Below, in pieces: positions 43,625-51,941 of a stretch of DNA of 64,000 nucleotides. The notes under the pieces are model-generated. The model worked only from the letters and a program-made list of their open reading frames with translations. It ran no database searches and was not told the origin of the DNA. A program made the position numbers and the translations under genes. Origin of the DNA: an uncultured Gammaproteobacteria bacterium (GTDB taxonomy: Bacteria; Patescibacteriota; Microgenomatia; JAMCZE01); contig CAZXMM010000001.1 in NCBI GenBank assembly GCA_964641255.1, positions 143,757 through 207,756 on the forward strand, written 5' to 3'. The first letter of the stretch is position 1. Every line of letters starts with the position of its first letter.

Positions 43625-44065
43625 ATGGTTGGAAAATTTCCCCCGGTAATTTTTCTCTACGGCGCGTTCCTGATTTCTTGGCTGGCGATGCTCGGCAGTC
43701 TGTTTTTTAGTGAGATTTGGCACTACCCACCCTGCGTACTTTGCTGGTATCAACGGATTTGCATGTATCCCTTAGTAGTCATTCTGGCTGTGGGTATTTG
43801 GCGAAAGAACAAGGAAATTCACCTCTACACTCTGCCCTTGGCCCTAATCGGTCTCCTAATCGGTGTCTACCACAACCTTCTTTACTACCGGCTCATTCCC
43901 GAGGCGATCGCTCCCTGTGTGGCGGGGATTTCCTGCACTACTAAATTTATTGAATGGTTCGGTTTTATTACTATTCCCCTTCTTTCTTTACTAGGGTTTG
44001 TTGCCCTGACCTTTTGTCTTCTGGTGTACTGGTGGGTAGTGGCAAAGAAGAAAACAGTCAAGTAG
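43625..44065 (+). CDS. dsbB: DsbB/BdbC disulfide bond formation protein
   Basis: PCVLCWYQRICMYP plus a second Cys pair. Confidence 0.9.
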   Translation: MVGKFPPVIFLYGAFLISWLAMLGSLFFSEIWHYPPCVLCWYQRICMYPLVVILAVGIWRKNKEIHLYTLPLALIGLLIGVYHNLLYYRLIPEAIAPCVAGISCTTKFIEWFGFITIPLLSLLGFVALTFCLLVYWWVVAKKKTVK

Positions 44066-44076
44066 CGCTAAGTTAG

Positions 44077-44161
44077 CGGAGGGGGCGAGATTCGAACTCG
44101 CGGTATCTTGCGACACGGCGGTTTAGTAAACCGCTGCACTAGGCCACTATGCGACCCCTCC
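44077..44161 (-). tRNA. tRNA-Ser with anticodon ACT
   Basis: Acceptor GGAGGGG/CCCCTCC, G73, long variable arm, anticodon stem GCGGT/ACCGC with loop TTACTAA. Confidence 0.9.
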
Positions 44162-44940
44162 TATTTATTTCGTTCGTGTCTGACAAACAGAAATGTTCCC
44201 ACAACTATAAACAGAGTTCCGGTAATTACCACGACCGCGATATCAATCATTGGGCTAAAAAGTACTGTTCTAGAATAATATGGTGTACCGAAGTAATAGA
44301 TACTGCGTAGCAAATCAACTGCGTAGGTCATGGGGGCAATCCGAGAAGCAATAAAGATGGGTAGGGGAAGATTGTGAATGGGATTAAATACCCCGGCCAG
44401 AAAGAATTGGGGGAAAAGCAGGAAGGGGAATATCTGATTGGCGGATTTTTGGTCGGACAGAGTGGACATGACAATAACCCCAAAAGCGCCGCCAAAGAGG
44501 GCCACTAAGAGGAAAAAGGGTAGCAGTCGGATCAGCGCTATCCAGTCCAGGGGGACACCTATTAAAATTCCCAGAGCAATGACTCCCACGATTTGGAGTA
44601 AGGAAACGCAGGTTTCCCCCAGAATCTTACCCAGTAAAATAGCATAGCGGGAGATAGGAGCAATAAACATTTCTTGAGCGAAGTCGTTTTGTCTATCCTC
44701 CACGAGAGAAATAATTCCTCCAGCTGTTGACTGAAACAAGGTCTGAGCAATCACCCCAATAAAAACGAATTCTAAAAAGTTATAGCCTAAATTCTCGCCC
44801 AAATTAGCCTGAAGACTGGTTCCTAAGACGCCAATGAAGATAGCTGGAAACACTAGACTAAAGGCGATTCGAGTTCTATCCCGCAACAGTTTGATTACGT
44901 CACGGCCGGCGATGGTAATAATGGCGTTAAGTAGTTTCAT
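44161..44940 (-). CDS. ABC-2 type permease
   Basis: About six TM segments; APISRYAILLGK; PMTYAVD. Confidence 0.9.
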   Translation of the reverse strand: MKLLNAIITIAGRDVIKLLRDRTRIAFSLVFPAIFIGVLGTSLQANLGENLGYNFLEFVFIGVIAQTLFQSTAGGIISLVEDRQNDFAQEMFIAPISRYAILLGKILGETCVSLLQIVGVIALGILIGVPLDWIALIRLLPFFLLVALFGGAFGVIVMSTLSDQKSANQIFPFLLFPQFFLAGVFNPIHNLPLPIFIASRIAPMTYAVDLLRSIYYFGTPYYSRTVLFSPMIDIAVVVITGTLFIVVGTFLFVRHERNK

Positions 44941-45886
44941 GGTGCTGTCTGATTATTTGCACGTAAGCACTTTCCAGAGTGGGACTATGAATTTCCAAGT
45001 GGGTCAGTTGGGTTTTAAGGCCAGCTATAATTTCCTGTCCGGTATTTTCTCCGGTATTAATTTTAAATGGTCCATTCCCTTCAAAAGTCAGCCCTTTTTG
45101 GTTTAACTCTTTTGTTAAGCCCATTCGATCCTTGGCATCAAGCACAAGGTGGTTTTGGATCAGGGTTTTTTTGATTTCACTAGGAGTGCCTTTGGCTACA
45201 ATGGTCCCTTCATCCATAATGCAGACATAATCTGAAGCCTCAGCCTCCTCTAGGTAATGGGTAGTTAAGAAAATTGTTATCTCTTGGGACTTACGAATAT
45301 CTTGAAGATATTTCCAAAGATTTTGCCGGCTGATTGGGTCGAGTCCGGTGGTTGGTTCGTCGAGAAATAACACTTTGGGTTCGTGCATCAGGCTACGGAT
45401 AATCTCTAACTTACGTTTCATTCCCCCAGAGAGAGTTTTGACCGGCTTATGGAGATCCTTTTCCAGCCCTAGGACTCTGGCTAATTCGGCCACCTTGTCT
45501 TTATAGGCTTGGGGCATGAGGGTGTAGCTAGGCAGATAGGGATAGAGATTATAGAGATTAGCGTGGAAGCGAATATTTTCTTCGGCGGTTAGATTGAGAT
45601 CTAAACTGGGATTTTGAAAAATTACGCCAATTTGTTGTCTGACAGCGGCGGGATTTTTACTGACATCGTAGCCGGCGATAGTTACAGTGCCTGCACTGGG
45701 GGAAAGGATAGTTGTTAAGATAGAAATAGTCGTGGTCTTTCCGGCTCCGTTGGGGCCCAGCAGGGAAAAGAATGAACCCTCCTCGACATAAAAAGAAACC
45801 GCCTTAACGGCATCAGCAGGCGCCTTTTTGTAACGCTTGGTTAAATTAGTGACTTCGATAATTCGAGATTTAACTTTCTTGGCCAT
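44927..45886 (-). CDS. ABC transporter ATP-binding protein (DrrA-like)
   Basis: GPNGAGKT, LSGGMKR, DEPTTGLD, TTHYLEEA. Confidence 0.93.
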   Translation of the reverse strand: MAKKVKSRIIEVTNLTKRYKKAPADAVKAVSFYVEEGSFFSLLGPNGAGKTTTISILTTILSPSAGTVTIAGYDVSKNPAAVRQQIGVIFQNPSLDLNLTAEENIRFHANLYNLYPYLPSYTLMPQAYKDKVAELARVLGLEKDLHKPVKTLSGGMKRKLEIIRSLMHEPKVLFLDEPTTGLDPISRQNLWKYLQDIRKSQEITIFLTTHYLEEAEASDYVCIMDEGTIVAKGTPSEIKKTLIQNHLVLDAKDRMGLTKELNQKGLTFEGNGPFKINTGENTGQEIIAGLKTQLTHLEIHSPTLESAYVQIIRQHHETT

Positions 45887-45924
45887 TGGCTACTTTCTCA
45901 TTGCTAAAAATAACTACTAGCTAG

Positions 45925-46114
45925 GCGGTATTCATTGTACAAAATTCGAACCTTTTTTGAAACCAATCCTGACGAAGAAATCTGAACTGCACCCCGCCAC
46001 AATATTTCTGGGGCAAAGGAGGCGGGGTGATGGACTCGCCCGCGCGGAGGAGGGGTCTGGGGAGGAATCCGCGCGGGCTTCGGCTTTTTGTTTTGGCGAA
46101 ATTCTGGCGGGCTA
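45925..46114 (+). repeat. Arm A (190 bp), inverted copy of 48866-49055
   Basis: Reverse-complement identity checked by eye; no mismatch seen. Confidence 0.95.
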
Positions 46115-47941
46115 TTAAAACTTGCCTTCTATATTCTCAAACAATTTGGTTAAATTATCTTTCGTCGTTGTGTCCAAATTGATTGAGGTTCCATTTTGGC
46201 AAGTTTCTAAAAATTTCTTTGCGAGCAAAACCTTATCCAGTTTACTCTTTTTTACATACTCCGAATTAGATTCCGTATAAGTTTTGCTCGTATCATTCAA
46301 CACAAATTCTTGAAAATTAGCCGGCGAGAAAATATCCTCCACACTCCCTGCGGTACTTAGCACAGCAAGAACTAAATCTTTTGTAACTAACCAATTGTCT
46401 TTTAGATTTTTCTCGCCATCCTTTTTCCCTTTGTCGTTGTCGTAGAGATATACAACCTTTCCACCCCAACCATGCAATATAGTACCTACAACTGGCATAT
46501 TTCCAGCTCCACCACCGAAAATAAAGTTCACGCTGTCTTTGCTAAGGATTTTCTTAAACGCATTTAGATAGTAGAGATCGGAAGCTCCCTCAACTACAAT
46601 ATTATTTACTTTATCTAAAGCCGTAATTCCTACACTTAATTCCAATCCAATGGCAGTCATAATAGGAGTTAAGGTTTCTTTATCCGCCAAAGCGTGAACT
46701 TTATTTTCTATTTTCGTTCCTGCTTTTTTTGTACGATGAATCAATCTAATTCGATTTAGCTTGTCGGCTTCCAAAAGATATGGCGAATGCGTTGAAAATA
46801 CTAACTGGACTTCTTTCGCTGAATCTTCAAGTTTGCTCAAAATATCTTCTTGAGCTTTGGCGTGGAGAAATAAGCCTGGTTCGTCAATCAAAATAATGTT
46901 TGGGACATCCTCATTTGCTCTTGCTGACACTTTTATATAAAACGCGAGGTGCCATTGTCTACCTTTACTTCGCAAACTTGGCTCATACGGGTAGCCGTCT
47001 TCTTGAATCCAAAACTGGAGGTCTTGAGAATCCCAATCAACGCTCAAACTTGAAACATCTTGCGTCCAAAACTTTTTGTAATCGTCATTGAGGTTGATAT
47101 TTATATCTGTTTTATGTTTCTGCTTATCGCGAGCAGTAGAAGTTTTGATCGTGGCAACATTCAAATCGCTGATTACTGACAAATCCTTAATCCATTCATT
47201 GGTTTCAAGTTCCGCAAAAGGTATCTTGTTTGGAAAAATATCTTCAAACGAATTAAAGAACACGAAATTTGGAATCCATCGTTTTAGAGCTTCTAAAAAC
47301 TTTTCCTCTATTGCAGTTAAATTTTCAAGATTTTGAATTTCTGTTTCTATCTCGGCTAAAAGTTTTGGCAAATTCTCACGATCTTTTTCATCTATTTGTG
47401 GGATATTTGGTGTAGTAGCAGTTTTGAAAGCAGTAAGAAGGGTTTTCTCATTCGTTAAATCAGAAAATTCAAAATCAAAGAAAGTTCCTCCTAACTGTGG
47501 ATATTTCGTGTGCAATGCTTTTACTTTGCCCCACTTGTCCTTGATTGATTTTTGAATTTTCTCAATTTCCTTTGCTCCAAAAAGGTCATTCTTCAGAGTA
47601 TCTTCTCCAAAAGTGTAGGTATCAGGAAAAGTTTTTATGATTTCGAGTTCAATATTGGCGATTGCTTTTTGGGTGCTACCTATCTCGGTTAAAACTTCTT
47701 TAACGGTATCTCTTTCAACGGTAAAAGTTATAGAGATTTCAGGTATCGCTTCTGGTGATTTAATAGGTTTAGCACTCTCTCTTATTTTTCCGTCCGTATC
47801 AAAATCCTCTAATGCTTCAAGAATAGAAGTTTTCCCAGATTCGTTTTTCCCAGCAAGAATGGTAATTGTATCCGTTAAATAGCAATCGCCGCTGTCGGTT
47901 ATGGACTTAAAATTTTTAATTCTAAATTTCTTAAGTTTCAT
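46115..47941 (-). CDS. OLD/GajA-like ABC ATPase-TOPRIM nuclease
   Basis: IKNFKSI, GKNESGKT, LIDEPGLFLH, STHSP; TOPRIM motifs VVEGASD and YDND. Confidence 0.88.
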   Translation of the reverse strand: MKLKKFRIKNFKSITDSGDCYLTDTITILAGKNESGKTSILEALEDFDTDGKIRESAKPIKSPEAIPEISITFTVERDTVKEVLTEIGSTQKAIANIELEIIKTFPDTYTFGEDTLKNDLFGAKEIEKIQKSIKDKWGKVKALHTKYPQLGGTFFDFEFSDLTNEKTLLTAFKTATTPNIPQIDEKDRENLPKLLAEIETEIQNLENLTAIEEKFLEALKRWIPNFVFFNSFEDIFPNKIPFAELETNEWIKDLSVISDLNVATIKTSTARDKQKHKTDININLNDDYKKFWTQDVSSLSVDWDSQDLQFWIQEDGYPYEPSLRSKGRQWHLAFYIKVSARANEDVPNIILIDEPGLFLHAKAQEDILSKLEDSAKEVQLVFSTHSPYLLEADKLNRIRLIHRTKKAGTKIENKVHALADKETLTPIMTAIGLELSVGITALDKVNNIVVEGASDLYYLNAFKKILSKDSVNFIFGGGAGNMPVVGTILHGWGGKVVYLYDNDKGKKDGEKNLKDNWLVTKDLVLAVLSTAGSVEDIFSPANFQEFVLNDTSKTYTESNSEYVKKSKLDKVLLAKKFLETCQNGTSINLDTTTKDNLTKLFENIEGKF

Positions 47942-47948
47942 AATCTTT

Positions 47949-48560
47949 TTAAGTATTTCTTGCCTTTCTTTCTTGAATACTTTTTAGTAGGAAGGGTGCG
48001 GCTTCTTCCTGCGTTTTACCCGATTTGATGCTATTACAAATCAGACAACTTGTTTTTAAGTTTTCTTTTGTATGCTTTCCACCCTTGTATTGAGGAGTTA
48101 GATGGTCAAGCGTTGCGTTTTCTGTAGTTACTTTCTCTCCACAATAAAAACAAGTGTATTTATCACGCTCAAAGATTTCTTTTCGTTTTTCTGCGTTGGT
48201 AAAATAATCTTCTTCAATAGGGTCAGCAGTGATTGAAAGTTTTTCTTTTACCAATGGAATTTCTTCTGGCAGAAAAATACTATAGAGCGTTCCCTCGCGG
48301 TTAGTGTCGCCAATCTTAATACACGATTTTTCTTCTAGTCCAGATACAAGTTTTGTAATATGAGCGTAATTCGATTTTTCACCGCGAGAAGAACCAAGAT
48401 TGTCAGCAATAGTCCTTTTACCAATTCGTATTTCTGCTGAACCATTTTTTATATACGAATTACGCAAAAAGAAAATGTAAAGTCCCGCTTCGTATGGAGT
48501 TAAGGATGGTAAGAGTAGATCAGTATATTGCTCAATAATTTTTTGTAAATCTTCTTTCAT
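47949..48560 (-). CDS. wHTH-like N-terminus plus HNH endonuclease
   Basis: RD.YTCFYCG...LDHLTP..GG....NL...C..CN..K. Confidence 0.88.
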   Translation of the reverse strand: MKEDLQKIIEQYTDLLLPSLTPYEAGLYIFFLRNSYIKNGSAEIRIGKRTIADNLGSSRGEKSNYAHITKLVSGLEEKSCIKIGDTNREGTLYSIFLPEEIPLVKEKLSITADPIEEDYFTNAEKRKEIFERDKYTCFYCGEKVTTENATLDHLTPQYKGGKHTKENLKTSCLICNSIKSGKTQEEAAPFLLKSIQERKARNT

Positions 48561-48563
48561 AAT

Positions 48564-48761
48564 TTATTTCACTATTTCCTCCATCGGAACGCCTAGCGAC
48601 TTGGCGATTTTTTGAATTGTTTGAACGCTTGGCTTGGTAACGACACCACCCTCAATTTTTGTAAGGGTAGAGTATTTGATATTGGCTTTTTTCGCCAAGT
48701 CGTCTTGCGTTAATCCTTGTTTTGCTCGTATCCTCTTTATGTTTTCAGATATAGTTGCCAT
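48564..48761 (-). CDS. XRE-family HTH regulator
   Basis: NIKRIRAKQGLTQDDLAKKA...LTKIEGG. Confidence 0.93.
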   Translation of the reverse strand: MATISENIKRIRAKQGLTQDDLAKKANIKYSTLTKIEGGVVTKPSVQTIQKIAKSLGVPMEEIVK

Positions 48762-48865
48762 AGTATGCTACTTTTGATAGTATATAAATATGAGCCATTA
48801 CTTTCTTTGCTCACAAAACAAGGATAGCAAAAATCAGAGATTTTTTCAAGGTGTATTTTTTATTT

Positions 48866-49171
48866 TAGCCCGCCAGAATTTCGCCAAAACAAAAAGCCGA
48901 AGCCCGCGCGGATTCCTCCCCAGACCCCTCCTCCGCGCGGGCGAGTCCATCACCCCGCCTCCTTTGCCCCAGAAATATTGTGGCGGGGTGCAGTTCAGAT
49001 TTCTTCGTCAGGATTGGTTTCAAAAAAGGTTCGAATTTTGTACAATGAATACCGCAAATTTTCGAAAAGGGTTTCGGAACCAAAAATATGGTCGGCGCGA
49101 AGCGCCGACTGTTCTGCATTCCCCCCACAAAATCCTGATTCTGCAAGGATTCGCCACGCTCCGCGTGGCTC
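48866..49171 (-). repeat. Internal inverted, fully joined attP-like site (arm B - GCGG - arm A, 306 bp)
   Basis: 48866-49055 is the reverse complement of 45925-46114; 49052-49171 is the reverse complement of 50591-50710 with 1 mismatch; shared CCGC core at 49052-49055. Confidence 0.92.
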
Positions 49172-49198
49172 CTCGTTTGCCAATACAATTTCAATTTT

Positions 49199-50815
49199 AT
49201 GAATAATCACACCAGAAAGTTTTTTATATACACTCGCAAATCAACCGATACAGAGGATCGGCAAGTGAGAAGCATTTCAGACCAACTGGCCGAACTAAAA
49301 CAATTGGCGATAAAAGAGGATATTGATGTCGTTGATATTTTCGTGGAAAAACAAACCGCTAAAGCTCCGGGTCGGCCAGTATTTAATGAAATGCTTCTCC
49401 GTATCGAGCAAGGTGAGGCAAATGGAATTTTAGCTTGGCACCCCGACAGGTTAGCGAGGAATAGTGTTGACGGTGGAAAAGTTATTTACTTGCTCGATAC
49501 GGGAAAGATTGCCGAGCTGAAATTTCCAACTTTCTGGTGTGATCCGACACCGCAAGGCAAATTCATGCTCTCAATCGCTTTTTCGCAATCCAAGTATTAT
49601 GTTGATAACCTGTCGGAAAATATCAAGCGTGGTCATCGCAACAAAGTGAAAGACGGAATATGGCCTCAAATGTCTCCGCTCGGATATGTAAATGTGAAAG
49701 GTGCTGGAATTATTCCCGATATTGAAATTGCCAAACTGATTAAAAAGACATTTGAGGCATATTCGTCTGGGTCTTTCACTTTGCGACAACTCCGGGACAA
49801 GTTTAATGGACTTGGATTGAAGCGAAAAAGCGGAAAGGAACTTGCGGTGTCGAACTATCAGCAAATCCTCAAAAATCCTATCTACACAGGACTAATGAGA
49901 TATAACGGAGAGATTTTTGAGGGGAAGCACGAACCGATTATCACAAAGAAACTTTTTGATTCCGTTCAAGAAGTGATGATGAAAAAGAGCAAACCACATT
50001 CCAAAGGCCTAAAACCATTTTTATACAGAGGATTTTTCCGTTGCGGAGAATGTGGATGTTTCATCACTACCGAAACGCAGAAAGGTCATAATTATTTGAG
50101 GTGTACCAAACGGAAAAATCCTTGTGAACAAAAATATGTTCGTGAGGAAATCATCACTTCTAAAATCAGAACGGAATTACAAAAAGTTTCTTTGCCACTC
50201 GATTGGGCAAATTGGATGATTGTCGAAAACGAGAAAGATCGGCAATCAGAAACCCAATCGAGTGAGATTTTTTCTCAAAAAACAAAAGACGAAATTTCTC
50301 TTTTGGATTCCAAAATTGAGAAGCTGATGAACGCATATCTTGAAAACGCACTTTCGCTAGACGAATATCGTGATTCTAAAAACAAGTTGGTAAGCTCAAA
50401 ACAGCTTCTCAAAGAGAAATTATCAGCTTTTGAGAAAAAATCTCATAATCGGTTCGAACTTGCTGATAGATTCATAAAATCCAGTATAAACAATATGGAA
50501 TTGGCAAACGAGGGAATTCCCGAAAAGATTTTTCGGGAATTCAAAAAAGTCGGTTCGAACTTTCAAATTAAGGACCGAACCGTACTTTTTGAGCCACGCG
50601 GAGCGTGGCGAATCCTTGCAGAATCAGGATTTTGTGGGGGGAATGCAGAACAGTCGGCGCTTCGCGCCGACCATATTTTTGGTTCCGAAACCCTTTTCGA
50701 AAATCTGCGGAGGAGGCGAGATTCGAACTCGCGCGAGCTTGCGCTCAATTGCTTTCCAAGCAATCGGAATGGGCCACTATCCGACTCCTCCAACTTTAGA
50801 ATTCTATCAAATTGA
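49199..50815 (+). CDS. Large serine recombinase (integrase)
   Basis: YTRKST catalytic motif, DRLARN, recombinase domain (LKNPIYTG, HEPII), zinc ribbon CGECG..C..C, coiled coil; reads through tRNA-Ser on the antisense strand. Confidence 0.95.
   Translation: MNNHTRKFFIYTRKSTDTEDRQVRSISDQLAELKQLAIKEDIDVVDIFVEKQTAKAPGRPVFNEMLLRIEQGEANGILAWHPDRLARNSVDGGKVIYLLDTGKIAELKFPTFWCDPTPQGKFMLSIAFSQSKYYVDNLSENIKRGHRNKVKDGIWPQMSPLGYVNVKGAGIIPDIEIAKLIKKTFEAYSSGSFTLRQLRDKFNGLGLKRKSGKELAVSNYQQILKNPIYTGLMRYNGEIFEGKHEPIITKKLFDSVQEVMMKKSKPHSKGLKPFLYRGFFRCGECGCFITTETQKGHNYLRCTKRKNPCEQKYVREEIITSKIRTELQKVSLPLDWANWMIVENEKDRQSETQSSEIFSQKTKDEISLLDSKIEKLMNAYLENALSLDEYRDSKNKLVSSKQLLKEKLSAFEKKSHNRFELADRFIKSSINNMELANEGIPEKIFREFKKVGSNFQIKDRTVLFEPRGAWRILAESGFCGGNAEQSALRADHIFGSETLFENLRRRRDSNSRELALNCFPSNRNGPLSDSSNFRILSN
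50591..50710 (+). repeat. Arm B (120 bp), inverted copy of 49052-49171
   Basis: One mismatch seen (C at 50705 vs T). Confidence 0.95.
50708..50791 (-). tRNA. tRNA-Ser(GGA)
   Basis: Acceptor GGAGGAG/CTCCTCC, anticodon loop TTGGAAA, long variable arm. Confidence 0.95.
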
Positions 50816-50830
50816 TGATACAATTGAGCT

Positions 50831-51235
50831 ATGAATGCAAAAGTTAATCATCTCCAGTTAAACATAGATTACAAAAATGCCCAATTCTATAAGGATCTAA
50901 TGGTGTTTCTTGGCTGGAAGGTGATTGGGGAGTGGGGTGACATTATGGGTTGGCAGGGCGAGGGGGAGGTGTCACTGTGGTTTAGCCAGAGTAAAAACGA
51001 GACGAAAAACGATCGTGACGGCCAGGGACTTAACCATGTAGGTCTTAAGGTGAAAGCAATTAGTGATGTTGACAAAGCCGCTAACTATTTAAAAGAGCAA
51101 GGGGTGGAGCTCCTCTATGGCACACCGCAGCATCGTCCCGATTTTACTCACAGTGAGGATACGACATACTACCAGGTCATGTTTGATTCTCCCGATAATA
51201 TCCTCTTCGAAATCATGTATACCGGCCCTAAGTAA
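50831..51235 (+). CDS. VOC family protein
   Basis: VNHLQL...GLNHVG...YYQVMFDSPDNILFEI. Confidence 0.88.
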   Translation: MNAKVNHLQLNIDYKNAQFYKDLMVFLGWKVIGEWGDIMGWQGEGEVSLWFSQSKNETKNDRDGQGLNHVGLKVKAISDVDKAANYLKEQGVELLYGTPQHRPDFTHSEDTTYYQVMFDSPDNILFEIMYTGPK

Positions 51236-51650
51236 AGGTGCTGGCTATATCTAGTAATTTTCGGTCATTAGCATGAGTTAACTTGGCTTTGGCTTCATTG
51301 GGGGGTAGCCAGAAAATGGCGGCGATTTCTTTCGGCTGGGGAGCGTCCACTCCGGAGACGTATTCCATTAAAAAATAGGTTACGATCTTAAAAATCTTTT
51401 CTCCTTTAAAGGTATAAAAAATTTTACTCTCACCCAGTTTCTTAAGCACTCGCGCCGTAATTCCTGTTTCCTCTCTCACCTCACGAATTGCTGCGTCGAT
51501 CGCTTTCTCACCGGGACCTATAAGGCCCTTAGGAAAGCCAAAGCGAATCTTGGGAAAGTCAGTACTGGGTTTGGGCTGAATCAGGAGAAATAGAGAACTA
51601 CCCCCCTGTTTTTTAAAGACTACTCCACCAGCTGAAAATTGTCTAACCAT
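51228..51650 (-). CDS. NUDIX hydrolase (Ap4A hydrolase-like)
   Basis: SAGGVVF, FPKG...GE....AAIREVREETG; likely start ATG 51650. Confidence 0.9.
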   Translation of the reverse strand: MVRQFSAGGVVFKKQGGSSLFLLIQPKPSTDFPKIRFGFPKGLIGPGEKAIDAAIREVREETGITARVLKKLGESKIFYTFKGEKIFKIVTYFLMEYVSGVDAPQPKEIAAIFWLPPNEAKAKLTHANDRKLLDIASTFT

Positions 51651-51667
51651 ACTTAGTACCCACAGTG

Positions 51668-51739
51668 TGCTCCTAAGAGGAATCGAACCTCCATCACAGC
51701 CTTCGGAGGGCCGTACTCTATCCATTGAGCTATAGGAGC
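51668..51739 (-). tRNA. tRNA-Arg(CCG)
   Basis: Cloverleaf with anticodon loop CTCCGAA. Confidence 0.95.
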
Positions 51740-51745
51740 AAGCGG

Positions 51746-51827
51746 CGGAGGGTAGAGGAGTCGAACCTCTTAGTCCTTGCGGACATTAGTTTTCAAGACT
51801 AACGCATTACCGCCCTGCCCACCCTCC
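51746..51827 (-). tRNA. tRNA-Ser(TGA)
   Basis: Anticodon loop CTTGAAA, long variable arm. Confidence 0.95.
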
Positions 51828-51831
51828 ACCA

Positions 51832-51906
51832 TGGCGCTCCCAGACAGAATCGAACTGTCATCACTAGGTCCGCAACCTAGTACTCTATCCATTAAGCTAT
51901 GGGAGC
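51832..51906 (-). tRNA. tRNA-Arg(GCG)
   Basis: Anticodon stem CTAGG/CCTAG with loop TTGCGGA; CCA encoded. Confidence 0.93.
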
Positions 51907-51941
51907 AGGCTCTATTTGGCTTACCAATTATAACGGTTTAG

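Larger units (their letters stand above)
45925..50710. mobile_element. Integrative element in the 3' end of tRNA-Ser(GGA), with a large serine recombinase and an internal inverted attP
   Basis: GCGG core at both ends, integrase gene, AT-rich cargo, two inverted-repeat pairs. Confidence 0.9.

Noticed and set aside
44077-44161. Selenocysteine or suppressor tRNA
   Set aside because: The anticodon read 5'->3' is ACT, not TCA or CTA. It has a 7-bp acceptor stem and Ser-type features.
48790-49206. ORFs 48790..49206, 48865..49194, 48978..49202 and the 50563-50834 group
   Set aside because: Open frames across GC-rich repeat arms and a tRNA, with no protein-like features.
51651-51725. N-terminal extension of the NUDIX ORF; likewise ORFs 52761..52973 and 57191..57382
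   Set aside because: These are translations of tRNA genes.
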